NCBI GenBank assembly: GCA_040905565.1
Contig: JBBDRF010000059.1
Coordinates: 41,877-105,876 of the forward strand
From: Phycisphaeraceae bacterium
Lineage (GTDB): Bacteria; Planctomycetota; Phycisphaerae; Phycisphaerales; Zrk34
Length of the DNA stretch: 64,000 bases
Direction of reading: 5' to 3'
Position numbers and translations under genes: made by a program. A model generated the notes under the pieces. The model was not told the DNA's origin and searched no databases. It saw only the letters and a list, made by a program, of their open reading frames with translations. Within the stretch, counting starts at the first letter, position 1, and each line of letters opens with the position of its first letter. Below are positions 1-8,882 of this stretch, in pieces.

Positions 1-850
1 TAGCGACGAAGCAGACAGGGATGGGTGCTTGGAGAGTATCGTTCTCAGCATATTGAGCCGTTCTGAGTACGACGAGATTCGTCGGTTGCTGCAGCTGCTT
101 ACTCCGAAGCGTTCCAGCAATGTGGCTGCTGCTGCTTCCGTTCGCCTTGCGGCTAGTGGGGATTTCGAGAACTCCGAAAGAATACTTGCCCGTGTTTCAC
201 CGGAGAGGTTGCGCCAGCAGGCCGGCATTAGAATCGAATATGTGAAGATCCTGTGGAACGGCGGCCGTTTCGATAATGAGCACGGCTTGGCGACCAAGGA
301 AGTCGAAGTTCGCGCTGTTGAAGTCGCTGTTTCTGCTGCCAAGCTAGGCGATATAGCTGTGTTAGAAAGAGCGCTTGCTCAATTAGATGGACCAAAGAAG
401 GCGTTGTTTGGGGCAGCAGCGGTCAAGGTGTTGGCGGAGTGTGGGTTTGTTGTTGAGGCCAAGCATGTATACGGTCTGATCGATGGGGTGGCTGTAGAAC
501 ATCCCAATTTTATCTTGTTGATTGCGTGTGCAGAGGCGTCGTGGAGTATCGGTGACAAGAGGCGGGCGGCTGGATACGTAGATGAACTCCTCGAAATGAC
601 TGACGACGATGGCTTTAGGAACGAGTACATCTATCCGTCGATAGCGCATGTGATAATTGGCATGGATGAGCGGTGGGACATTTCCGGCAAGGGTTGGGAG
701 ATGGCGTTCGCTGAAGTGTTAGTTCGGGTTCGCGGTGTGGACGACTTCGAGCAGTGGTATGACTCAATACAGGAGGAGCAAGCCAAGGTAAAAGCTCTGG
801 TAGGTGCAAGCGTCGGACTCAGTATAATGGTTCAGTCTTCTGAACCGTGA
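1..850 (+). CDS. Hypothetical helical-repeat (TPR-like) protein, 5'-truncated by the window edge
   Basis: The frame of ORF 29..850 is open back to position 2. Ala/Leu/Glu-rich helical pattern; composition is visibly more AT-rich than the neighbouring genes. Confidence 0.6.
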   Translation, partial: SDEADRDGCLESIVLSILSRSEYDEIRRLLQLLTPKRSSNVAAAASVRLAASGDFENSERILARVSPERLRQQAGIRIEYVKILWNGGRFDNEHGLATKEVEVRAVEVAVSAAKLGDIAVLERALAQLDGPKKALFGAAAVKVLAECGFVVEAKHVYGLIDGVAVEHPNFILLIACAEASWSIGDKRRAAGYVDELLEMTDDDGFRNEYIYPSIAHVIIGMDERWDISGKGWEMAFAEVLVRVRGVDDFEQWYDSIQEEQAKVKALVGASVGLSIMVQSSEP

Positions 851-1250
851 CGACCCTCTTGCCGGATATTTTGGCCTACGCTCAATGCGATCGAGCACGG
901 CGAACTGCCTGACCTGGCGGAAATGATCGAAAAGACAGAGGGCGGAGCGAAAGTCACCCTGAAGGCCCTTATCGCCGAGCTGCTGAGAATTGCCGGCCAT
1001 CCCGAGCACGCCAAGCGATACCTGATGCGATGCATCCCCCCCGATCGGCGAACGCATGCTCGACCCGACCGCAGCCTACTGATCCATGCGGCAGCAGGGT
1101 CTGGATCGTTACGAGGAAGGAGGCGGGTAGCCGCTTAAATTCCAACCACTCGCCCTGCGGGTGGGGCAATTCCCCAAATCCGGTTGCCTCGGGCTATTCC
1201 CGATGGGCGTCGGCTCTAGCATGTCTCGGTTTTGAGAAAGGAACCGAGTC

Positions 1251-1895
1251 ATGGCGAAGCTAGTGCCGGTTTATCGTGGCCTGACAACGGACGACGCCCA
1301 GCGACTGGCGGACTACCTCGACGAACGCGGGATCGAGGCCTACGTCGACAGCACGCAGAGTCCGCTCTACGGCATGAGTCAGGGCCCCAGCGCCCATGTG
1401 GTTTATGTCGACGAACATATCTCGGGCTACGGGCGAGATTTGGTGCGGCAGTTCAGTCGAGAATGGCACGCCGGCGTCGCGAAGGATGAGGTCGACCGTG
1501 AGGACACCGGCTGGGAGGTGCCGACGCATGATCGGCCATCGGACGATGCGATGGTCGACAGCACGCAGGATCAGGATCGGGCATACGGGCCCGATTTCCT
1601 GCAGGAGGAGGATATTGAGAGCTACACCCGTGAGTCGGCTGAGGTCGAGGATCTGATCGACGAGACGGGGCATGAAAGCTTCACTGACCGCATCGTCCGG
1701 TTCGGCACGGATCACGACGTGGCGGAGGAAGAGGACTACAGCGCCATTGACGACGCACTTGATTCCGACATCGACGAGGCCGTCGATCAGGCGGACACGC
1801 GGCAGGGGATGGATGAGCAAGAGACGCGGCCGACTGATTTTGTTCGTCGCACACGCTACGACAAGGAACGCTACGACAAGGAAGATGAAGGCTGA
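1251..1895 (+). CDS. DUF2007-like N-terminal domain protein with a long acidic, probably disordered tail
   Basis: The N-terminus 'LVPVYRGLTTDDAQRLADYLDERGIEAYV' resembles DUF2007 and the remainder is D/E-rich. AAAGGA RBS upstream. Confidence 0.65.
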   Translation: MAKLVPVYRGLTTDDAQRLADYLDERGIEAYVDSTQSPLYGMSQGPSAHVVYVDEHISGYGRDLVRQFSREWHAGVAKDEVDREDTGWEVPTHDRPSDDAMVDSTQDQDRAYGPDFLQEEDIESYTRESAEVEDLIDETGHESFTDRIVRFGTDHDVAEEEDYSAIDDALDSDIDEAVDQADTRQGMDEQETRPTDFVRRTRYDKERYDKEDEG

Positions 1896-1960
1896 GTGCG
1901 TGCGATAAGAAACGTCGTTTTTGCAACTTTCGGCAGAACATACGTATAAGTATTATCCGC

Positions 1961-1989
1961 TTGCGTAGCACTTCGGCGCCGCCTATACT
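1961..1989 (+). promoter_or_regulatory. Putative sigma70-type promoter of the 2025-14368 operon
   Basis: TTGCGT(1961-1966)-17 nt-TATACT(1984-1989), 35 nt upstream of the ATG at 2025. Confidence 0.55.
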
Positions 1990-2024
1990 TGATGCGGTAG
2001 ACGAGTCCGACGACGCAAGGGACG

Positions 2025-3164
2025 ATGATGAGCAAAAGCTGGTTTCTGGCGTGCGCATGGGTCGCAATGTGCAGCATCGGCGCAGCATCGGCCGTGGTCG
2101 AGGCTGGGACGGATTGGCCTATCTTCCGCGGTGATGCGGCGTTGACAGGCGTCTCCGATGCCACACTCCCTGATAATCCGCAGTTGCGATGGTCGTTTGC
2201 CACCGAGGGGCCGGTGAAAAGTTCGCCTGTCATCGGCGGCGGCAAGGCGTTCATCGGCTCCGACGACGGCAACCTCTACGCACTTGATCTAAACACCGGT
2301 GAGAAGGTCTGGGCCTACGAGACCGAAGCTCCGATCGAGGGCGCTCCCGCGCTCCATGACGAGACCGTTTACGTCGGCTCAACCGATGCCCACCTCTACG
2401 CGGTGGATGCTGAGACCGGCGAGCTACGCTGGAAATACGAAACCGGCGATCAGATTGTCGGCGGGCCGAACATCCTGACCGGCGAAGGCGACGAGCCGAC
2501 GCTGGTGATCATCGGTTCGCACGATACCTTCCTGCATGCCGTAAACGCCGACACCGGCGAAGTGGTGTGGACCTACCAGACGGACAATTACGTCGTGGCC
2601 GTGCCGACCATCGAGCAGGGCCGAACGGTGTTCGGCGGTTGCGATGGGTTCCTTCACGTCGTGTCGCTGCGGGGCGGGGAGCCAATTGAGCAGATCGAGA
2701 TCGGCGCCTACGTCGGCGGCTCGGCGGCACTGGTCGGCGGTCAGGTGTTCCTGGGGCACTACGACAACGAATTCATCTGCGTTGATCTTGATGCGAAGGA
2801 CGTGAAGTGGACGTATCGCGATCGCAACTTCCCGTACTTTTCCTCGCCTGCTGTGGCTGATGAGATGATCGTGTTCGGCGGCCGCGATCGACGGCTGCAT
2901 GCGGTCGATCGTGAAGACGGCAGCCTGCTCTGGACATTCAACACACGCGCCCGCGTCGATAGTTCGCCCGTGATTGCCGGCGACCGCGTGGTGGTCGGCT
3001 CCTCCGACGGCCGGGTTTACATGGTGAACCTCAGCGACGGCTCGGAGGCGTGGTCGTATGAAATCGGCGACGCGATCACCGGTTCGCCCGGGGTGATCGA
3101 CGGGCTGTTCATCATCGGCTCCGAAGACGGCAGCGTTTATGCCTTCGGCGACGCGCCAAACTGA
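2025..3164 (+). CDS. Secreted PQQ-binding-like beta-propeller repeat protein (BamB-like)
   Basis: Signal peptide followed by 'DWPIFRGD', then repeated 'SSPV...VGSxDGxLYALDxxTGExxW' blades. Confidence 0.9.
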   Translation: MMSKSWFLACAWVAMCSIGAASAVVEAGTDWPIFRGDAALTGVSDATLPDNPQLRWSFATEGPVKSSPVIGGGKAFIGSDDGNLYALDLNTGEKVWAYETEAPIEGAPALHDETVYVGSTDAHLYAVDAETGELRWKYETGDQIVGGPNILTGEGDEPTLVIIGSHDTFLHAVNADTGEVVWTYQTDNYVVAVPTIEQGRTVFGGCDGFLHVVSLRGGEPIEQIEIGAYVGGSAALVGGQVFLGHYDNEFICVDLDAKDVKWTYRDRNFPYFSSPAVADEMIVFGGRDRRLHAVDREDGSLLWTFNTRARVDSSPVIAGDRVVVGSSDGRVYMVNLSDGSEAWSYEIGDAITGSPGVIDGLFIIGSEDGSVYAFGDAPN

Positions 3165-3224
3165 TCGGCGGTCGCCCTTTCACTGTTTTGCATTTATCTC
3201 GGTCACTCACGGTCTGGAGAAGAC

Positions 3225-4568
3225 ATGACCAGCCTGACTCACAAAGTTCGCCCGCTGCCCAGCCTTTCCGATCCGGACACGAAGGCGGGCAACTACTTCG
3301 TTTCCAACTATCCGCCGTTCTCGGAGTGGACGCCCGAACGGCTGAGTGAAATTCACGAAGCGATCGACACGCCGCCCGATCCGACCGCTCCGCTTGGGCT
3401 TTACGTGCATATCCCGTTCTGTCGTCGGCGGTGCCATTTCTGCTACTTCAAGGTCTACACCGATCGCAACGCGAAGCAGATCAAAGCCTACACCGATGCG
3501 GTGGTGCAGGAACTCACGGAGTATGCGAAGCACGCGTTCGTCGGCGGCCGTACGCCTCAGTTCGTCTACTTCGGGGGCGGGACGCCTTCGTATCTCTCAG
3601 GCAAGCAGCTGACTGAACTCACCGACGGCCTCAAGAGCGTGCTGAACTGGGATGAGGTTCAGGAAGTCACGTTCGAAGCCGAGCCCGGCACGCTGAATGA
3701 GAAGAAGCTCGCAGCGATCCGCGACCTGGGCGTCACCCGCCTCAGCTACGGCGTCGAAAACTTCAACGACTACGTGCTGAACACGAACAACCGGGCCCAC
3801 GAATCGAAGCAGGTCTACCGGGCCTATGAGTGGGCGCGTGAGATCGGCTTCCCGCAGATCAACATCGACCTGATCGCGGGCATGCTCGAAGAGACCGAAG
3901 ACAACTGGGTGCACAACGTCGCGGAGACGATCCGCCTCGCGCCCGACTGCGTCACGATCTACCAGATGGAGATTCCCTTCAACACCACCATCTATCGCGG
4001 CATGCGGGAGAAGGGCGAACTGGTCGCGCCCGTGGCGGATTGGGACACCAAACGCCGCTGGGTGAAGTACGCTTTCGATGAGCTTGAGAAGGCCGGCTAT
4101 ACCGTCACCAGTGCTTACACCGCGGTGAAGGATCCCAAGCAGACGCGGTTCGTTTACCGTGACAGTTTGTGGACCGGTGCGGACATGCTGGCGCTCGGCG
4201 TTTCCAGCTTCGGGCATATCAATCAGACGCACTATCAGAACGAAAAGAACATCGACAAGTACGTCGAAACGGTGCAGGGCGGCGAGCTGCCGATTCACCG
4301 GGCAAGGCGGATCAACAGCGACGAAGCATTGATTCGTGAGCTGGTGCTGCAGATGAAGCTCGGCCGATTCAACGCGGAGTATTTCCGCAACAAGTTCGGC
4401 GTGGATGTGCTTGAGCGGTTCGCGGAGCCGCTCGGCAAGTATCGCGAGCTTGGGTTCTTGACCATTGATGGTGATCGTGTGGAGCTTGACCGCGACGCGT
4501 TGTTGCAGGTCGACACGATGTTGTACGAGTTTTTCCTGCCTGAGCACCGCGAGGTGCGGTACACGTGA
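3225..4568 (+). CDS. HemN/coproporphyrinogen-III-oxidase-like radical SAM enzyme (possible class C methyltransferase)
   Basis: 'LYVHIPFCRRRCHFC' (CxxxCxxC), 'YFGGGTPS', 'NIDLIAG', N-terminal 'NYPP' and a HemN-like C-terminal domain. Confidence 0.85.
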   Translation: MTSLTHKVRPLPSLSDPDTKAGNYFVSNYPPFSEWTPERLSEIHEAIDTPPDPTAPLGLYVHIPFCRRRCHFCYFKVYTDRNAKQIKAYTDAVVQELTEYAKHAFVGGRTPQFVYFGGGTPSYLSGKQLTELTDGLKSVLNWDEVQEVTFEAEPGTLNEKKLAAIRDLGVTRLSYGVENFNDYVLNTNNRAHESKQVYRAYEWAREIGFPQINIDLIAGMLEETEDNWVHNVAETIRLAPDCVTIYQMEIPFNTTIYRGMREKGELVAPVADWDTKRRWVKYAFDELEKAGYTVTSAYTAVKDPKQTRFVYRDSLWTGADMLALGVSSFGHINQTHYQNEKNIDKYVETVQGGELPIHRARRINSDEALIRELVLQMKLGRFNAEYFRNKFGVDVLERFAEPLGKYRELGFLTIDGDRVELDRDALLQVDTMLYEFFLPEHREVRYT

Positions 4569-4578
4569 GGTCGCACTG

Positions 4579-5169
4579 ATGACGCCACTGGTCAACCGCA
4601 TCGCGGAACTGCTGTACCCGTTGAGCGATTTTTACGCCGCCAGCGGGGCGCGCCTGCCGGACGTCGAAACGGTCGATGGCTTGAAGATGCCGCAGCCGTT
4701 TCGTCGGTTGCTGGTGCATCGCAACGACATGACGCCGACGCTTGAAGCGTTCGCCGGTCAACGCATCGGCCTGCGGACACTTGAGGTGCATCGCGGTGAG
4801 GATGCGCTGTATCGGCAGGTCGTGCTGATCACCGATGGCGATGAACAGCCGATGGAGTTCGGCGCGATCAAGATCTATGTCGATCGGTTCGAGGCGGAGG
4901 CGCGGGAGAAGATTCTCGGCTGCCGATGCCCGCTGGGAACGATTCTGCACGACTACAAGATCAAGCACGCGTCGCGACCGACGGACTTTTTCTCCATGAC
5001 CAGCGATCCCGTGATCGCCGGCGCCCTTGGGCTGGAGGACGCGGAGCGCACGCTGTACGGACGGCACAACGTTTTGTGGGACGCGGAGAATATGCCCCTC
5101 GCGGAGGTTGTCGAGGTACTGCCTCCTTTTGACGATCGGCCGAATGCACAGGAGAACGGTGATGGATGA
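4579..5169 (+). CDS. Chorismate lyase (UbiC)/UTRA-fold protein
   Basis: 'LLVHRNDMTPTLEAF', 'RQVVL', 'PLGTIL', 'YGR', 'LAEVVEVL' follow the UbiC-like pattern. ATG at 4579 after GAGG, 10 nt after the radical SAM stop. Confidence 0.6.
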   Translation: MTPLVNRIAELLYPLSDFYAASGARLPDVETVDGLKMPQPFRRLLVHRNDMTPTLEAFAGQRIGLRTLEVHRGEDALYRQVVLITDGDEQPMEFGAIKIYVDRFEAEAREKILGCRCPLGTILHDYKIKHASRPTDFFSMTSDPVIAGALGLEDAERTLYGRHNVLWDAENMPLAEVVEVLPPFDDRPNAQENGDG

Positions 5170-6427
5170 CGTGAAGCATCTGGAATACGACGCGGTGATC
5201 ATCGGCGGCGGGCCGGCCGGCGCGGCGACGGCGGCGATCCTTGCCGAGAAGGGGCGACGCGTCATCATCCTCGAGAAGGCGAAGTTCCCCCGCTACAAGA
5301 TCGGCGAGTCGCTGATTCCTTACTGCTACTTCCCGCTCGAACGGCTGGGCATGGTCGAAAAGCTTAACCAGAGTCACTTCGTCGATAAACATTCCGTGCA
5401 GTTCGTCAGCAAGCGTGGCAAAGTCTCGCAGCCGTTCTATTTTTACGAGCATACCAAGCATCCATGCGCCAAGACGTGGCAGGTGCTCCGCAGTGAGTTC
5501 GACGTGATGATGCTCGACAACGCCCTTGAGAAGGGGGCCGAGGTGCTGCACGAGACGGCTGCCCGCGAGTTGATTCACGAGGGCGATCAGGTTGTCGGCG
5601 TCCGCGCCCGCGGTGCGGACGGTCAGCAGTATGAGTTGCGTGCGCCGGTGACGGTCGACGCGTCCGGCCGGGAGAGTTTCGCCGTGAAGGCGAAGGGCTG
5701 GCGCGTGGATGACCCCCAGCTCAAGAAAATCGCGGTGTGGAGCTACTTCCGGGGGGCGAAGCGTGATCCGGGCATGGATGAAGGCGCGACGACGGTTGCT
5801 TTTGTCCCGGAAAAAGGGTGGTTCTGGTACATCCCGCTGCCGGACGACATGGTGAGCGTCGGCGTCGTGGCGGAGCGCGATTATCTCTACCGGGGCGAGC
5901 GCGATCCCGAAGCGATCTATCAGCGGGAGATCGACATTCAGCCCTGGATCAAGCAATACACCGCGGTCGGCGAGCGGGCGGGTGACGTGCAGGTGACGGG
6001 CGATTATTCGTATCGCGCCAAGCACTGTGCATCTGACGGACTGGTGCTGGTGGGCGATGCGTTCGCGTTTCTCGATCCGGTCTTTTCGTCGGGTGTCTTT
6101 CTCGCATTGCAGAGCGGCGTCGTCGCCGCGGACACGATCGATGCTGCCCTGAAAGAAGGCGACGTTTCCGCCGAGCGGTTCACCGACTACGGCGAATCGA
6201 TGTGTCAGGGGCTCGAGGCGATGCGCCGGCTGGTTTATGCCTTCTACGATGAAGGGTTCAGCTGGGCGAAGCTGTTCGAGAAGTATCCGCACCTGCGTGA
6301 GGATGCGACCGACTGTTTGATCGGGCATCTGTGGAAGGATTTTGATCCGCTGTTCGATGCGGTGTCGGAGTTTGCCGAGGTGCCCGAGCCGTTGCCGCAC
6401 GGCCGCCCGCTTGTGACCGTTACCTGA
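5162..6427 (+). CDS. FAD-dependent oxidoreductase, flavin-dependent halogenase-like (PltA/CmlS type)
   Basis: 'GGGPAG', 'FPRYKIGESL', candidate catalytic Lys in 'FVDKHS', 'GWFWYIP' (WxWxIP), 'GDAFAFLDPVFSSGV'. Overlaps the upstream stop. Confidence 0.8.
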   Translation: MDDVKHLEYDAVIIGGGPAGAATAAILAEKGRRVIILEKAKFPRYKIGESLIPYCYFPLERLGMVEKLNQSHFVDKHSVQFVSKRGKVSQPFYFYEHTKHPCAKTWQVLRSEFDVMMLDNALEKGAEVLHETAARELIHEGDQVVGVRARGADGQQYELRAPVTVDASGRESFAVKAKGWRVDDPQLKKIAVWSYFRGAKRDPGMDEGATTVAFVPEKGWFWYIPLPDDMVSVGVVAERDYLYRGERDPEAIYQREIDIQPWIKQYTAVGERAGDVQVTGDYSYRAKHCASDGLVLVGDAFAFLDPVFSSGVFLALQSGVVAADTIDAALKEGDVSAERFTDYGESMCQGLEAMRRLVYAFYDEGFSWAKLFEKYPHLREDATDCLIGHLWKDFDPLFDAVSEFAEVPEPLPHGRPLVTVT

Positions 6428-6435
6428 AAAGCACC

Positions 6436-7758
6436 ATGCGTATCGTCAAGCTCACGCCCGGCACCGGCAACTTCTACTGCGGCAGTTGCATCCGCGACAA
6501 CGCCCTGGCCAACGCCATGCGCGCCGCGGGGCATGATGTGATGATGGTGCCGATGTACCTGCCGCACGTGCTGGATGAGCCGGAGGCAGCGCTCGATTCG
6601 CCGGTGTTTTTCGGCGGCGTGAACGTTTACCTGCAAGAGAAGATACCGCTGTTTCGTCACACGCCACGCTGGGTGGATCGCCTGTTCGATGCGCCGTGGC
6701 TGCTGCGTTACGTAGCGCGCTTTGCGGGCATGACACGGGCACGCGACCTCGGCGAGATGACGGTGTCGATGCTGCAGGGCGAGCACGGTCGGCAGAATAA
6801 GGAACTCACGAAACTCATCGCATGGCTGAAATCGCAGGGGAAGGTCGACGCCGTCTGCCTGTCCAATGCGATGTTGCTCGGCGTGGCCCGGCGCATCAAG
6901 CAGGAACTCGGCTGTGCGATCATCTGCACGCTGGCGGGCGAAGATGCGTTCCTTGATTCGCTGATCGAACCGTACCGCAGCGACGCATGGCAACTGCTGA
7001 GCGAGCGGGCGGCGGAGGTCGACGCTTTCATCGCCGTCAGTAAATACTACGGCGACACGATGACGCGGCGTATGACGCTCAACGCCGAACGTGTGCATGT
7101 CGTCTACAACGGTGTCAACATGGAAGGCTATCGCCCGGCGGTCGAGCGTCCCGATCCGCCGGTGGTCGGCTACCTGGCACGCATGATCGAAGGCAAGGGT
7201 TTGACGACGCTGGTCGACGCGTTCATCGAACTCAAGCAGCGTGACCGCGTGCCGGGCCTGACGCTGCGTGTGGGCGGGTCCATGACGGGCGACGACGAAA
7301 ATTACGTGGCGACGCTCAAGGCGAAGCTGCGGTCGGCGGGGCTTGCCGACGACGTGAGTTTTCATCCGAACCTCAGTCACGATGAGAAGGCGGACCTGCT
7401 ACGGTCGTTCAGCGTGATGAGCGTGCCGGCGACTTACGGTGAATCGTTTGGGCTGTATCTGCTGGAGGCGTGGGCGTGCGGGGTGCCGGTGGTTCAGCCT
7501 CGCCATGCCGCGTTTCCGGAATTGTTGGACCTCAGCGGGGCCGGTATCCTGTGCAACGCCGACGATGTTGCGTCGCTTGCCGATGGCTTGGAACAGCTGC
7601 TGCTCAAGCCCGACGACTGTACGCGGATGGGCCTGGCCGGGCGGGGCTGCGTCGAGGCACGCTTCACGATCGAGCGCATTGCGGGCGAGGTTCTGGACGT
7701 GATTGAATCGACACAGGGCAACCGGACAATAACCCGTGCGGAGGCCGCATCACCGTGA
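6436..7758 (+). CDS. Glycosyltransferase family 4 with N-terminal CxxC
   Basis: 'VVYNGV', 'LARMIEGKG', 'ESFGLYLLEAWACGVPVV' (ExxxxxxxE intact); N-terminal 'GNFYCGSCIRDN'. Confidence 0.9.
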   Translation: MRIVKLTPGTGNFYCGSCIRDNALANAMRAAGHDVMMVPMYLPHVLDEPEAALDSPVFFGGVNVYLQEKIPLFRHTPRWVDRLFDAPWLLRYVARFAGMTRARDLGEMTVSMLQGEHGRQNKELTKLIAWLKSQGKVDAVCLSNAMLLGVARRIKQELGCAIICTLAGEDAFLDSLIEPYRSDAWQLLSERAAEVDAFIAVSKYYGDTMTRRMTLNAERVHVVYNGVNMEGYRPAVERPDPPVVGYLARMIEGKGLTTLVDAFIELKQRDRVPGLTLRVGGSMTGDDENYVATLKAKLRSAGLADDVSFHPNLSHDEKADLLRSFSVMSVPATYGESFGLYLLEAWACGVPVVQPRHAAFPELLDLSGAGILCNADDVASLADGLEQLLLKPDDCTRMGLAGRGCVEARFTIERIAGEVLDVIESTQGNRTITRAEAASP

Positions 7759-8249
7759 CGCCTCCTCATCACCACGAAAATGAGATGCCCATGGCTGAGC
7801 CGTTCATCCTTCGCCGACGTGCCGAGTTCAGCGATACCGACATGGCGGGCATCGTGCACTTCGCCCAGTTCTTCAAGTACATGGAGGCGGCCGAGCACGC
7901 GATGTTCCGGGCTGTGGGGCTTTCGATTGTGACGGAGATTGCGGGCGAGCATGTGGGCTGGCCTCGCGTTCATGCCGAGTGCGATTACCGTTCGCCGTTG
8001 CGCTTCGAGGAAGAGTTCGACATTCACGCGCATGTTCAGCAGCGGCGGACACGATCGCTCGTGCTCAAGTTTCACTTCACACGTGCGGCCGGCGACGAGA
8101 CCATCGCGACCGGGTCGCTGACGACGGTCTGCGTGGCGCAGGATGCCCAGCGAAAGATGCGGGCCGTCGCCATCCCCAGCATGGTCGGCGAAGCGCTGGC
8201 CCCTTACACTGCGGCCGTCGCCGATCGCGATACCGCCGATTCACCTTAA
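7755..8249 (+). CDS. Acyl-CoA thioesterase, 4-hydroxybenzoyl-CoA thioesterase (4HBT/YbgC) hotdog family
   Basis: 'FSDTDMAGIVHFAQFFKYME', 'CDYRSPLRF'. The true start may be a slightly downstream ATG. Confidence 0.88.
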   Translation: MTPPHHHENEMPMAEPFILRRRAEFSDTDMAGIVHFAQFFKYMEAAEHAMFRAVGLSIVTEIAGEHVGWPRVHAECDYRSPLRFEEEFDIHAHVQQRRTRSLVLKFHFTRAAGDETIATGSLTTVCVAQDAQRKMRAVAIPSMVGEALAPYTAAVADRDTADSP

Positions 8250-8273
8250 CCTTCATCAAACGCAGGATGTTTT

Positions 8274-8882
8274 ATGCCTAGTTCGGCAACGCAAGATCAA
8301 CAAACGTGGCTCTACTTCGCGCTCATGACCGTGTCGATGTGGGGCCTGTACGGCGTCCTCCTCCACAAGGGCGTGCACTCGATGGCCGACCCGGAGTACG
8401 GCCGCTATAAGGCCTACCTCTTCGTCGGGCTGGCGTACTTTCTGTTCGCCGTCGCAGCCCCGGCGATCCTGCTGTACTTCACCAACGCGAACTGGCACTT
8501 TGAGCGGGCGGGTGTGATCTGGTCGCTCGTGGCGGGCACGGTGGGGGCCTTCGGCGCGTTCGGTATTCTGCTCGCGTTCGGTGCGAAGGGGCACCCCGCC
8601 GTGGTGATGTCGATCGTGTTCGCCGGCGCCCCCATTCTCAACGCCGCCGTCGCCATTTCCCTCGAAGGCAACTGGGGGAACATTCGCTGGCAGTTCATCG
8701 CGGGCATCATTCTGGCGATCACGGGCGCGACGATCGTGACGCTTTACAAGCCGCCGCCGCCCCGGCCCGCAGCGCATCAGGCCGTGGAAGCGGTGGAAGC
8801 TGCGGACGCACCCACCGGTGACGCTGCGGCCTCGACCGCGGGCGCCTCTTCAAGCGACGACGCTTCCAACGGCGCCTCATGA
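8274..8882 (+). CDS. Integral membrane protein (about 5 TM, EamA/DMT half-like)
   Basis: Five hydrophobic segments with a DMT-like 'GHPAVVMSIVFAGAPILN' pattern and an Ala/Ser-rich tail. Confidence 0.65.
   Translation: MPSSATQDQQTWLYFALMTVSMWGLYGVLLHKGVHSMADPEYGRYKAYLFVGLAYFLFAVAAPAILLYFTNANWHFERAGVIWSLVAGTVGAFGAFGILLAFGAKGHPAVVMSIVFAGAPILNAAVAISLEGNWGNIRWQFIAGIILAITGATIVTLYKPPPPRPAAHQAVEAVEAADAPTGDAAASTAGASSSDDASNGAS

Noticed and set aside
3225..4568. Calling the radical SAM gene hemN
   Set aside because: Family-level similarity only. Operon context and motif deviation argue against assigning the heme function.
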